A stretch of 64,000 nucleotides of DNA, taken from positions 200,969,703 to 201,033,702 of the forward strand of contig NC_052151.1 of NCBI RefSeq assembly GCF_902713615.1, in the 5' to 3' direction. Within the stretch, counting starts at the first letter, position 1; each line of letters begins with the position of its first letter. The notes under the pieces are model-generated. The model was given only the letters and a program-made list of their open reading frames with translations, did not search any database and was not told where the DNA came from. The stretch comes from Scyliorhinus canicula. Its lineage: Eukaryota. Made by a program: the position numbers and the translations under genes. Below are positions 1-12,730 of the stretch, in pieces.

Positions 1-904
1 GAAGCAAATACAGTTAAAGAGAATAGTGCACTTTTAGGGTTATAAACGAAAAGGAGTAGTTGACAATTCATGGGATTGTCCTGTGCATTTTCAGGCCTGA
101 TGGAATCGCCAATGCCTCTCTCTAAGTGTAATTGAAGGAGGATCAACAGTCCACGGCCACAATTCTGTGCCGCCCCCCCCCCATTGGTTCTTCGGTGAGG
201 GGGAGCACGAGATTGAAGGGATTTGACTAGACAGCTATTTTAGGCTGAGGCAGGGACGACCTCGGACAGGAAACTCACTGTTGTCTCAGTTACGGCCCTG
301 AAGTGGCCAATTCGTAGCATGTCAATGGCTGCTTCCCGCCCTGCCTCAAATGTTAGGCCAGTGGGAGGATTGAACTCACATGGAGGAAGGCCGAATGCCA
401 AGAGAGCAGGAATTGACGGTGTGGAGGGTGGTGGGTGCCTCCATCAGAAGCTTCCTTTTGAAGTCGGCAGACTCCCCCCCCCCCCCCCCCCCCCCCTTCC
501 AAAACGCAAGACCTGGTGGCCTCCGAGCGGCCCTCCCCATCCCCTGCCTGAGAACCAGATCATCCACCTCCCCCCCCCCCCCCACCGCACCCCCCCCCTC
601 CCCCCCCACTTCTCCTCAAGCCTTCCCTATCCTCCCCCGCCCTAGGACCTCACAAATTTACCTGCTCCCCCAGTGCCCGGATATAGTCTCAGGTGCCCGG
701 CTGCATTTCTTCTTCTGACCACTTGCAGCGCTGATACGGGGAGGACCGGAGAGATGCCGGCCAATCAGATTGGCCAGCAGTTCTCCAAGGCGGGTCCTCC
801 TCCGGAGCGAGGTGTGCAGATCCTGCCTGCGGCCGATTGACGCTTACTGGAGCGTGAAAAGACTTCGAGGCTGGCGGGAAGCCAGATACCTCAAAAATTC
901 ACAG

Positions 905-980
905 TAAAGGGGCTTTTCACAGTAATTTCATTGCAGTGTTAATGTGAACCTACTTTTGGCTAAAAAAATTATAAAAAATA
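905..980 (+). mobile_element. 3' tail fragment of a SINE with L2-type tail
   Basis: ggggcttttcacagtaatttcattgcagtgttaatg matches the tail at 49800-49860. Confidence 0.7.
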
Positions 981-981
981 A

Positions 982-1686
982 GGGCCGGGATTCTCCCCTA
1001 CCCGGCGGGATCGGGATGGCGTAGGGGAGTGGCGCCAACCACTCTGGCGTCGGGCCTCCCCAAAGGTATGGAATTCTCTGCACCTTTAGGGACTAGGCCC
1101 GCGCCGGAGTGGCTCCCGCTCCGCCGGCCGGCACCAAAACCGGCGCCAACGGCCTTTGACGCCCGCCGCCCGGCGTCGGGGCTGGTCGAAAGGCCTTCGC
1201 CGGTCCGCGCATGAGCCGGTGCGTCAGCGGCCGCTGATGTCACCACCGGCGCATGCGCGGTGGAGGGGTTCTTTTCCGCCTCCTCCATGGTGGAGGCCGT
1301 GGCGGCGGCAGAAGAAAAAGAGCGCCACCACGGCACAGGCCCGCCCACCGATCGGTGGGCCCCAATCGCAGGCCAGGCTACTGTGGGGGCACCCCCCGGG
1401 GTCCGATCGCCCCGCGCCCCACCCCCAGGACCCCGGGGGCCCGCACTGCCAATCCCGCCGGCGCCAGAGGTGGTTTAAGCCACGTCGGCGGGATCGGCCT
1501 GTCAGCGGCGGGACTTCGGCCCATCGCGGGCCGGAGAATCGCCGCGGGGAGCCCGCCGACCGCCGCGGCCCGATTCCCGCCCCCGCCGATGCCAGGGTGG
1601 CGGAGAATTCCGGCCAAGGCGGGGCGGGATTTACGCCGGCCCCCGGGCGATTCCCTGACCCTATGGGGGGTCGGAGAATTCCGGCC
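982..1686. mobile_element. GC/CpG-rich non-autonomous DNA transposon (MITE, possibly PIF/Harbinger type)
   Basis: TIR ggccgggattctcc (983-996) versus ggagaattccggcc (1673-1686), 13/14 match; TAA on the left flank; no transposase; right end repeated at 1602-1619. Confidence 0.6.
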
Positions 1687-1759
1687 AAGGGCTGAAGTGG
1701 TTTTTGTACTCTCTCAGGAGAATGGGTGAAAGTGTGAGTGGCCAGTCGAATGCAAGGAG

Positions 1760-2019
1760 GCTTCAAGGTGATAGAGGCAAGTTTAGTGAGTGGACGAATA
1801 CATGACAGATGCAGTAACGTGTGGCTTAATGTAAAGTTATGCACCAGTGTGAAACTTAGAAAGGAAGAGTATTATTTAAATGGTGATATATTGGGTAGTG
1901 TGGTGTCCTTGTACACCAGTCAGTGAAAGTGAAGAGGCAGGTGCAGCAAGTAATTAGGAAGGCAAATGGTAAGTTGGCCTTCATTACAAGAGGATCTCTG
2001 CAGTTATACAGGGTCTTGG
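1760..2019 (+). mobile_element. CR1 LINE RT fragment
   Basis: Degenerate CR1 ORF2 similar to the CR1 copies at 9000-9120 and 22800-23040. Confidence 0.65.
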
Positions 2020-2867
2020 TATTTACATTATGATTCGTTCACATTCCTAAAGTAGGTTACTGTATTAAACTATGCTATCTCTACCTACAGAACTCTCAAG
2101 TATACAATTGCTCTCTCATGTCTCACCATCTTCTCTACCATCTGTCCCACAAGGCTCACCTTATATACTCAGAGGACTAGCTCCCTCTAGTGGCTGTCTG
2201 TCTACATTTCATTAACCCTTGCATTCATGTATGATAATACCACAAAGGGAGTCCATTGGAGGTTCCCTCGTCTGATCGCCGGGGTTGGCAGTACTGACCT
2301 ATGAGGAGAGATTGGGCCTGTGTTCAACATAGAACATGCAGTGCAGAAGGAGGCCATTCGGCCCCTCGAGTCTGCACCGACCCACTTAAGCCCTCACTTC
2401 CACTGTGATAGTGTGGTACATAAGCACAAACTATCAGTTCAAATTGATCAGGTGTTCGACTGGTTGATCCGTTTTTGTGGTCTGACCTGATCTTTTTTTC
2501 TGTGCTTGTCGATTTTGTGTCTCCTTTACCTGTTTGCTTTCTGTTTTTTCTTTAGCAAGGACCAACTCTTCTAGACTGTTGGGATAATGTCTTTTATGTC
2601 CAAACAATGTCCCTTTTGTTTCTGGATTTTGTGCCTTCATGCGTGAACTTGGTATGTCCTGCAAACACAGCTGTCTGTGTTATCTCAAACAGATGTGCTT
2701 CACACACTGTCCTGCAGTCCTTTGCTCAGTTGCCATCTGGATTGCTTTCCATGCTGTATGGTTTGTCAAATGTGACTGTAAGTTCAAACACTTTCTTGTC
2801 GTTGAATTTCAAAGTGTTTAGTTGTCCTTTGGTTTCACCGTCGTACCTTTGTGTACATTCTGTCAGA

Positions 2868-4570
2868 GAACATAGAAAACATAGAGCATAGAAAAATACA
2901 GCACAGAACAGGCCCTTCGGCCCACGATGTTGTGCTGAACTTTTGTCCTAGATTGAGAACAAATTAATCTACACGCCATCATTCTACCGTAATAAGACCA
3001 TAAGACATAGGAGCGGAAGTAAGGCCATTCGGCCCATCGAGTCCACTCCACCATTCAATCATGGTTGATTTCAACTCCATTTACCCGCTCTCTCCCCATA
3101 GCCCTTAATTCCTCGAGAAATCAAGAATTTATCAATTTCTGTCTTAAAGACACTCAACGTCCCGGCCTCCACCGCCCTCTGTGGCAATGAATTCCACAGA
3201 CCTACCACTCTCTGGCTGAAGAAATTTCTCCTCATCTCTGTTCTAAAGTGACTCCCTTTTATTCTAAGGCTGTGCCCCCGCGTCCTAGTCTCCCCTGCTA
3301 ATGGAAACAACTTCCCTACGTCCATCCTATCCAAGCCATTCATTATCTTGTAAGTTTCTATTAGATCTCCCCTCAACCTCCTAAACTCCAATGAATACAA
3401 TCCCACGATCCTCAGACGTTCATCGTATGTTAGGCCTACCATTCCTGGGTAGGCCATGGCCATGGGTAATCCATGTACCTATCCAATAGCCGCTTGAAGG
3501 TCCCTAATGTTTCCGACTCAACTACTTCCACAGGCAGTGCATTCCATGCCCCCACTACTCTCTGGGTAAAGAACCTACCTCTGACATCCCCCCTATATCT
3601 TCCACCATTTATCTTAAATTTATGTCCCCTTGTAATGGTTTGCTCCAACCGGGGAAAAAGTCTCTGACTGTCTACTCTATCTATTCCCCTAATCACCTTA
3701 TAAACTTCTATCAAGTCGCCCCTCATCCTTCTCCGTTCTAATGAGAAAAGGCCCAGCTCCCTCAACCTTTCCTCGTAAGACCTACTCTCCATTCCAGGCA
3801 ACATCCTGGTAAATTTCCTTTGCTCCTATTCCAAAGCTTCCACATCCTTCCTAAAATGAGGTGACCAGAACTGCACTCAGTACTCCAAATGTGGCCTGAC
3901 CAAGGTTTTGTACAGCTGCATCATCACCTCACGGCTCTTAAATTCAATCCCTCTGCTAATGAATGCTAGCACACCATAGGCCTTCTTCACAGCTCTATCC
4001 ACTTGAGTGGCAACTTTCAAAGATCTATGAACAGACTCCAAGATCTCTCTGCTCCTCCACATTGCCAAGAACCCTACCGTTAACCCTGTATTCCGCATTC
4101 ATATTTGTCCTTCCAAAATGGACAACCTCACCCTTTTCAGGGTTAACCTCCATCTGCCACTTCGCAGCCCAGCTCTGCATTCTATCTATGTCTCTTTGAA
4201 GCCGACAACAACCCCCCTCACTATCCACTACTCCACCAATCTTCGTATCATCTGCTAATTTACTGATCCACCCTTCAACTCCCTCATCCAAGTCGTTAAT
4301 GAAAATTACAAACAGCAGAGGACCCAGAACTGATCCCTGCAGTATGCTACTGGTAACTGGGCTCCAGGCTGAATATTTGCCATCCACCACCACTCTCTGT
4401 CTTCTATCGGTTAGCCAGTTTGTTATCCAACTGGCCAAATTTCCCACTATCCCATGCCTCCTTACTTTCTGCATAAGCCTGCCATGGGGAACCTTATCAA
4501 ATGCCTTACTAAAATCCATGTACACTACATCCACTGCTTTACCTTCATCCACAAGTTGGTCACCTCCTCA
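2868..4570 (-). mobile_element. Stacked CR1 (HER1-type) LINE 3' fragments and SINE tail inserted in element A
   Basis: ORFs 3071-3463, 3436-3804 and 4025-4552 encode CR1 RT/C-terminal motifs (DFSKAFDKV, QGSVLGP, YEERL, RRLRGDLIE, NFFSQRVV); catagaa-type 3' tails. Confidence 0.9.
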
Positions 4571-4734
4571 AAGTGGAAGTGTAACTTGTAAGGCAAGACC
4601 CACCCCTCACAAATCAGTGAAAAAATGAAATGAAATGATCCCCGTCGGTCCGTAATTACTCCTTGTGTGCTCAGGGTCAGTTCCTGTTGGCTTGTCTGAT
4701 TCATTTTCCACCTTTATACTATCAGTGAATGAAA

Positions 4735-4890
4735 ATGAAATGAAAATCGCTTATTGTTATGAGTCGGCTTCAATGAAGTTACTGTGAAAAGCCCCTAGTC
4801 ACCACATTCCGGCGCCTGTTCGGGGAGGCTGGTACGGGAATTGAACCGTGCTGCTGGCCTGCCTTGGTCTGCTTTCAAAGCCAGCGATGT
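4735..4890 (-). mobile_element. Short SINE/LINE 3' fragment with L2-type tail
   Basis: caatgaagttactgtgaaaagcccctagtc shared with other L2-tailed SINEs in the window. Confidence 0.7.
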
Positions 4891-7300
4891 CCTTTGTATC
4901 ATCTGATGCATGTTTGAACTATATGATGTCAGGTCTCTTTGTGTGATCTGATGCATCGTTGAGCTTCGGACATCAGTTCCTTCTGGAAGATCCGATGTAT
5001 AGTGCTCTTGAGCTCTTAGTGCTTCTCATCTGGAGTCAACTTCTCCAAGATCTCATTTTCTTATAGGCTGTTCACAATAGACGTGCTCTCAATTGATCTG
5101 TTCAATGTTGCACTCTTGATTGTCAGCCTCTGTACAGTCCAGCTGAGATCTGTCAATCTCGCTTCTGTCCTGCACAGCTTGTGTGCTACTTGTGATCGAT
5201 TCATCACTAGTTGCAAATAAAGTGGATCGACCGTTACAGTCTTCTTTTTGTTGCTCATCATTTGTTTCTTCACTGTTGTCATTACTGGCAAATAAATTAG
5301 ATAGACTTTCATAGTCTTCTTCGTCTTCCTCTGGCTCTTCATCTGTTTCCTCATCGGATGATTGTGGCATCGTACCTCCTGTCTTCACCCTGTCTGGAAC
5401 GTGCAGTCGCTTAACGAGGTTCAGGGCTTTGCACACTTTCGCTCCCAGTATGGACTCTCCCTCTGTGTCCACAATGGCGAATTGTACGATGTGACTTCGA
5501 TTGTGCACCCATGCTTCTAGGTCACATACCCCCTCACGTTTCAATAGCATTTCCGCTGTAGGCGATCAGCCGTTTCGTTCGATCGAAAACCGCCGGTGGA
5601 ACATTCAGGCGGTTCAAATCGGAGAGGCTGAGGAAATTGTCACTTGTTCCGGTGACGAGCTTGCATTTGATTAATGTGGTATTCAGCATCTCTGCAATTG
5701 TCCATTCATCGAGATTTGGAACAAATTGGGTTTGATTTTTTTCAGCTTCTGAGATTTCCTGTGGATCTTTGTCCACACTTTCAATTGTATCCATATAGAA
5801 TATATCTTCCAAATCTTGTTCATCTACTGTGATGTTGAGTTTATACCCTTTATTTTTAGATTTGTTCAAATTTTCTTCTTGTTTTACGCTGCAAACGTCT
5901 CGTTCAGCTGTTTGTTTAAATTTCATCCCTGCTCTGCATTGCGAGGGAAAATGGTTCCGGTTTTTGCACTTCCGATTGACGGCCATTTTCTTCTTAAGTG
6001 GGCGTGGCCACAACGTCTGCCAGTCATCACGTCAATGATGGATGTCATGCGCAAACGTCTATTGCGCGTGCGCAAATCGATCGCTGCCCGGAGTGCGCTC
6101 TTTTCTCAAGTGTGCATGCGCAATCGTGTGCCCATGCGCAGAACGATCAACTTCCGGATCGCGTCATTTTTCAAAGTGTGCGTGTGCGAACTGGTCCCGC
6201 ACATGCGCAGAACGTTCAACATCCCGAATCGGGTTTTTTTCTTTAACTGCGCATGTCCGAAATGTCCAAATTCCGGAGTGTGCTATTTTTGTCAAGTGCG
6301 CGTGCGCAAACTGGCCTTTTTTTCTGGTGCGCTGAATTTCTAGCTGCACCACAGTTTCAACGGAGGCTAAATATTTCACATTACTTTGCCGATTCAACAT
6401 TTCAGAAGGTCTATTTTTCGTTGCTTTACTTGCATGGAACATTTTAATAGAATCCTCCAGCATTATGTCTTGTTTTTGCAATCGTTCATGCAGCTTTTCA
6501 TTTATTTTAAGCTCACAATAGATATCGAATTTTTCAATGACCACTTTAAACTTATTTTTCTCAATTTCATTCTCAAAGTGGAATGAAATATACACTCCTA
6601 TAGCATGCGGACCAGCCCAATTTAGTAACAGCGCAATCATTCACTTCTCACAGGTTTCTTGGAGGTTTGAGGCTGTGGGGTACAGTTTACATCTACATGA
6701 CCCGATGTGCTGACTGACTTTGGAGTCTGCAGACCTTCCATGAAGTTGCTACAGAGTCTGATTGTTGCTACTGGAGTCTGGTTGAGGTTTTTGTTGCAAG
6801 TTATTTATTTCTCCCTAAACCTGACGATTTGACTTTAAACAACTCCTGGTACCATGTTGGAACCTTCCACTCCTGGTATCATGTTGAGTTCTCTATTTTG
6901 CTTTACCTGGATGGCTTGGGTGCAAAGTGTTGAACAAAGAACACAAAGCTTTGTTAACCAACAAAACTATCAATTTATTTACACTACTAATGATTTGTTC
7001 ACATTCCGAAAGTAGAAGGTTACTGTATTAAACTATGCTATCTCTACCTACAGAACTCTCAAGTATACAACTGCTCTCTCTCATGTCTCACCATCTTTTC
7101 TATCATCTGTCCCACAAGGTTCAGCATTATCCCTTATGTACTCATAGGACTAGCTCCCTCTAGTGGCTGTCTGTATACATTTCATTAACCCTTGCATTCA
7201 TGTATGATAATACCACAAAGGGAGTCCATTGGAGGTTCCCTCGTCTGATCACCGGGGTTGGCAGTACTAACCTATGAGGAGAGATTGGGCCTGTGTTCAA

Positions 7301-7615
7301 CATAGAACATACAGTGCAGAAGGAGGCCATTCGGCCCATCGAGTCTGCACCAACCCACTTAAGCCCTCACTTCCATCCTCTCCCCGTAACCCAATAACCC
7401 CTCCTAACGTTTTTTGGTCACTAAGGGCAATTTATCGCAGCCAATCCACCTAACTTGCACATCTTAGGACTGTGGGAGGAAACTGGAGCACCCGGAGGAA
7501 ACCCACGCAGACACGGGGAGAACGTGCAGACTCCGCACAGTCAGTGACCCAAGCCGGGAATCGAACCTGGGACCCTGGCGCCGTGAAGCCACAGTGCTAA
7601 TCACTTGTGCTACTC
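7301..7615 (-). mobile_element. HE1-type V-SINE
   Basis: tRNA-like head, V-domain (gggtttcctccgggtgctcc) and CR1-shared tail. Confidence 0.85.
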
Positions 7616-7629
7616 GGGTTAAGAAATAT

Positions 7630-8010
7630 GAGGGGAGGTCCGATTGAAATTTAAAATTCTAACAGAGCTGGACGGACTCGATGCAGGGAGGATGTTTTCC
7701 CCGGTTGGGGAATCTGGAGCCAGGGGACAGTCTCGGGGTCCGGGGTAAACCATTCAGGACTGAGATGAGGCAAATTATCTTCACTCAAAGGGAGGGGAGT
7801 GGCGAACCTGTGGCATTCTCTACCACAGAAGGTGGTGGGGGACAAGTCACTGAATGTATTCAAGAAAGAGATACATATGGTTTTGATTTTGATGGCATTA
7901 AGGGGTGTGGGGGGATGTGAGAATATGGGATTGAGGTACAGGATCACAGTGAAAGGCGGAGCAAGCTTACGGGGCCTCCGCCGGCTCCTAGTTTCTTTGT
8001 TCCTATGTTT
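7630..8010 (+). mobile_element. Degenerate CR1 3' fragment
   Basis: CR1 C-terminal and 3' UTR motifs ending ttcctatgtt. Confidence 0.7.
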
Positions 8011-8309
8011 TGAGATGGGACGTTCGTCAAAATCGGTTTGCCTGTAGTCTCGTTACCAGGTCTGCTTGTATTGGTGGCCCTGCAGGAACAGACTGGGAGA
8101 GTTTGCGATGTTACAGTCTGCGGCTCTGCAGGTCTCAGTAATGCTGCCCGTGCTGCTGCTGCCGCATCCCTCTGCAGACGGCACTTCAAGATGGGACAGG
8201 GAGACCGACATGGCTGACCAACACTGTGGCTTCTCACTGTTACCCTTTCCCAATGATGACTGCTGTTTGATGAGATTCACCACAGCCGGGCTTATTGTTT
8301 GGGGGGCGG

Positions 8310-9885
8310 TTCAGGCAGATTGGAAAACAGCAAATGTGACGCCACTGTTTTAAAAAGGAGGTAGAAAAAAGGCGGGTAACTATAGGCCAGTTTAACTTCA
8401 GTAGTGAGGAAAATGCTTAAGTCTATCGTTAAAGAAGAAATAGCGAGACATCTGGATCGAAACTGTCCCATTGGGCAGACATCATGGGTTCATGAAAAGC
8501 AGGTCATGTTTGACTAATTTACTGGAATCGTTTGAGGACATTACAAACGCGGTGGACAACGGGGAACTGGTGGATAGATTTCCAGAAGGCATTCGACAAA
8601 GTGCTGCACAAAAGGCTGCTGCGTAAGATAAAGGAGCCCGGCGTTACGGGTAATGTATTAGCATGGATAGAGGAATGGTTAACGGACAGAAAGCAAAGAG
8701 TAGGGATAAATGGGTGTTTGGGCGATCAGTGGCTAGTGGTGTGCCTCAGGGATCAGTGTTGGGTCCACAATTGTTCATAATTTACATCAATAATGTTGAG
8801 TTGGCGACCAAGCGTCGAAGTTCGCAGATGATACTAAGATTAGTGGTGGAGCCACTGAAAGTTTGCAGAGGGATATCGATAGTTTAAGTGAGTGGGCAAA
8901 GGGTCTGGCAGATGGTGTTCAATGTTAGTAAATGTGAGGTCATCCATTTTGGGAGGAACAACAGCAAAATTGACTGTTATTTAAATGGTAAACAGTGTGC
9001 TGCTGTACAGAGGGACCTGGGTGTCCTTGTGCATGAATTGCAAAACGTTGGTTTGCAGATGCAGCAAGTAATTCAAAAGGCAAACGGATTTTTGTTCTTC
9101 ATTGCTAGAGGGATGGCGCTCAAATAATAGGGAGGTTATGCTGCAGCAGAAAGTAAGGAGGCATGGGACAGACATGGGAAATTTGGCCAGTTGGATAACG
9201 AACTGGCTAACTGATAGAAGTCAGAGAGTGGTGGTGGGTGGCAAATATTCAGCCTGGAGCCCAGTTACCAGTGGCGTACCGCAGGGATGTTGCAGCTGTG
9301 TAGGGTGCTGGTGAGGCCACACCTGGAGTACTGTGTACAGTTTTGGTCACCTTACTTGAGAAAGGATGTACTGGCACTGGAGGGGGCGCAGAGGAGATTC
9401 ACTAGGTGGATTCTGGAGTTGAGAGGATTGGCTTATGAGGAGAGATTGAGTAGACTGGGACTATACTCATTGGAATTTAGAATACTGAGGCGAGATCTTA
9501 TAAAAACATAAAATTATGAAGGGAATAGTTAAGATAGAAGCAGGGAGATTGTTTCCACTGATGGGTGAAACTAGAACTAGGGGGCACAGCCTCAAAATAA
9601 GGGAAAGCAGTTTAGGACTGAGCTGAGGAGGAATCTATTCACCCAAAGGGTTGTGAACCTGTGGTATTTCCTGCCCAGTGAAGCAGTTGAGGCTACCTCG
9701 TTGAATGTTTTTGAGGCAAAGATAGATTGATTTTGAACAGTAAAGGAATTAAGGGTTATGGTGAGGGTGAGTGGGCAGGTAACTGGAGCTGAGTCCACAA
9801 AAGATCAGCCATGATCTCATTGAATGGCGGAGCAGGCTCGAGGGGCCAGATGGCCTACCCCTGCTCCTAGTTCTTATGTTCTTAT
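8310..9885 (+). mobile_element. Mosaic of CR1 LINE ORF2 fragments to the 3' end
   Basis: [48 protein letters not shown] motifs; ends cttatgttcttatg. Confidence 0.9.
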
Positions 9886-9984
9886 GACATATACCCTGAT
9901 GGTGGATGAAGGCAATCACTGCCTTTTGTCTCAGAATGACCCATTCAATTCAGGAATGATGGTCTCAGGACAGAGTCAGAGGGT

Positions 9985-10320
9985 TATACAGTACGGAAGA
10001 GGCCCTTCAACCCATCCAGTCTGTACCAATAAAAAGTCCACTAAATCTGCACTGATCCCACTTTCCAGCACTTGGCCCATAGCCTTGAATGGTTTAATAT
10101 TCCAAGTTCTCACCCACGTACTTTTTAAATGTTGTGAGGTTTCTCCATCTCTACTACCTTCCCAGGCTGTGCATTCCAGACTCCCACCACCCTCAGGGTG
10201 GGAAAAAACGTTCCTCAAATCCGCTCTAAATCGCCCTGCCCCTCACCTTAAAATGATGTCCCCCTCGGTATTGACCCTTCAGCGAAGGGGAGCAGCTGAT
10301 TCCTATCCATGACCCTGTCC
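9985..10320 (-). mobile_element. CR1 3' fragment
   Basis: RNVFSHPEGGGSLE-type frameshifted CR1 end. Confidence 0.65.
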
Positions 10321-12279
10321 ATACCGCTCATCATCTTACACACCTCTTGACACCCTTTCATCCGGAATGTATCCTTATAGGAGAGGGTGGCAGTTTGCAA
10401 ACCCAACGATCAGGTCAAATCTGAGCCTCGGTGGCCCTCCTTTGCAGCAATATTCTCCATTTTGACAGAAACATCTGTCCCAAAAGATTGCACACTGAGT
10501 GAAGTTTATATTTTAAAATTGTGAACATGATACGCCTCTTTTTCCTGGGTTTAACCACCACAAAGCCTGGGCTCTATTTATGGATAGGCCACAAAGCCTG
10601 GGCCCTAAATCTGCATGGGTGAGGTCACACAACCTGGGACTGTCATTCTGGCTTCGGCCCTAAGGTATGCGGGCTGTTGTTCCAGGTCTCATGGCCTGGG
10701 GCAGTAGTTTCAGATTTTGTTTTGTCAGCAATCAATCCTGGGCCTAGACTGCAGAGGTCTGGGTCTGAGGCTTCAGGTTAGGCCGCACAGCCTGGGCCTC
10801 AGGCTCCAGGTTAGACTACACATCCTGGGCCTCAGGCTCCAGGTTAGACTGCACAGCCTGGGCCTCAGGCTCCAGGTTAGACTGCACAGCCTGGGCCTCA
10901 GGCTCCAGGTTAGGCTGCACAGCCTGGGCCTCAGGCTCCAGGTTAGACTGCAGAAGTCTGGGCCTGAGGCTCCAGGTTAGGCTGCACAGCCTGGGCCTCA
11001 GGCTCCAGGTTAGGCTGCACAGCCTGGCACTCAGGCTCCAGGTTAGGCTGCACAGCCTGGGCCTCAGGCTCCAGGTTAGGCTGCACAGCCTGGGCCTCAG
11101 CTCCAGGTTAGACTGCACAGCCTGGGCCTCAGGCTCCCGGTTAGGCTGCACAGCCTGGGCCTCAGGCTCCAGGTTAGGCTGCACAGCGTGGGCCTCAGGC
11201 TCCAGGTTAGGCAGCACAGCCTGGGCCTCAGGCTCCAGGTTAGGCTGCACAGCCTGGGCCTCAGCTCCAGGTTAGACTGCAGAAGTCTGGGCCTCAGGCT
11301 CCAGGTTGGGCTGCACAGGCTGGGCCTCAGGCTGCAGGTTAGGCTGCACATCCTGGGTCTCAGGCTTCTGATTAGACTGCACTGCCTGGGCCTCAGGCTT
11401 CTGAGTAGACTGCACAGGTTACACTGCACAGCCTGGTCCTCAGGCTGCAGGTTAGATTGCACAACCTGGGATCAGGTCCAGGTTAGACAGCACAGACTGG
11501 ACCTCAGGCTCCAGGTTAGGCTGCACAGACTGGGCCTCAAGCTCCAGGTTAGACTGCACAGCCTGGGCCTCAGGCTTCAGGTTAGACTGCACAGCCTGGG
11601 CCTCAGCTCCAGGTTAGGCTGCACAGCCTGGGCCTCAGCTCCAGGTTACACTGCACAGACTGGGCCTCAGGCTCCAGGTTAGACTGCACAGATGGGCCTC
11701 AGGCTCCAGGTTAGACTGCACAGCCTGGGCCTCAGGCTCCAGGTTAGATTGCACAGCCTGGGCCTCAGGCTCCAGGTTAGACTGCACAGCCTGGGCCTCA
11801 GGCTCCAGGTTAGACTGCACAGCCTGGGCCTCAGGCTCCAGGTTAGACTGCACAGCCTGGGCCTCAGGCTCCAGGTTAGACTGCACAGCCTGGGCCTCAG
11901 CTCCAGGTTAGACTGCACAGCCTGGGCCTCAGGCTCCAGTTTAGACTGCACAGCCTGGGCCTCAGCTCCAGGTTAGACTGCACAGCCTGGGCCTCAGGCT
12001 CCAGGTAAGGCTGCACAGCCTGGGCCTCAGGCTCCAGGTTAGACTGCACAGCCTGGGCCTCAGCCTCCAGGTAAGGCTGCACAGCCTGCGCTTCTGGCTC
12101 CAGGTTAACCTGCAGAGCCTGGGCCTCAGGCTCGAGGTTAGGCTGCACAGCCTGTGCCCTTTTTACCTGGTGCATAGTCGAATGCTCTACGTCTGTGTTA
12201 ATCCACAAAGGTTGGGGCTGTGCAGTTCCAGGATACATTAGGCCAGCAGTTTTGGTCTCGTTGCTTAACAGAATGACAT

Positions 12280-12730
12280 TAAAAGAAGTTCCAGCAGCTT
12301 CACTCAACCAGGGATGGGGAAGCTATCTTATGAGGAAAGGTTGGACAGTTTGGGTGTCTATCCTTTGGAGGTTCGAGCATTAAGAGGTGATGTTAGGCTG
12401 GGATCCTGAGAGGATTTGACAGGGTGGATGCTGAGAGCATTTTTCCTCTTGGGAGAGAGATTAGAACTGATGGAGGAGGGGTGGAATAGTTTTTAAATGA
12501 TCTCCATGTAGACAGAGATGGAGACGAATTTCATCTTTCCGTCGCTAGTTTGCTGAATTTTCTTCTTCAGAGAGCAAAGGGCGCCCATGGAGGTCATTGA
12601 ATACATTCAAGGGGGACAGACAGCTGAAATATTATTAAGTCCACAATCAGATCGGGCACGGTCTAATTGAATGGTGGACAGACCAAAGGAACCAAATAGC
12701 CTATTCTTCCTCCTATTCTTTTGTGTTCTT
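12280..12730 (+). mobile_element. Old CR1 3' fragment
   Basis: atgaggaaaggttggacag...ttaagaggtgat CR1 C-terminal motif, highly diverged. Confidence 0.6.

Larger units (their letters stand above)
2020..7217 (-). mobile_element. Internally deleted Gypsy LTR retrotransposon (element A) with tRNA-Leu PBS
   Basis: LTR 6882-7217 (TG..CA on minus), partial LTR 2020-2244; PBS TGGTACCAGGAGT 6842-6854; gag (IALLLNWAGPHAI, 6164-6640), CCHC and protease remnants 5089-6013; integrase C-terminal tail 2434-2664; no RT; interrupted by CR1/SINE insertions. Confidence 0.8.

Noticed and set aside
998-1844. Overlapping GC-rich ORFs on both strands
   Set aside because: Stop-poor MITE sequence with no domain motifs
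10340-10500. Coding exon in the second unique island
   Set aside because: Every reading I tried hits an early stop or lacks a good donor; no recognisable product
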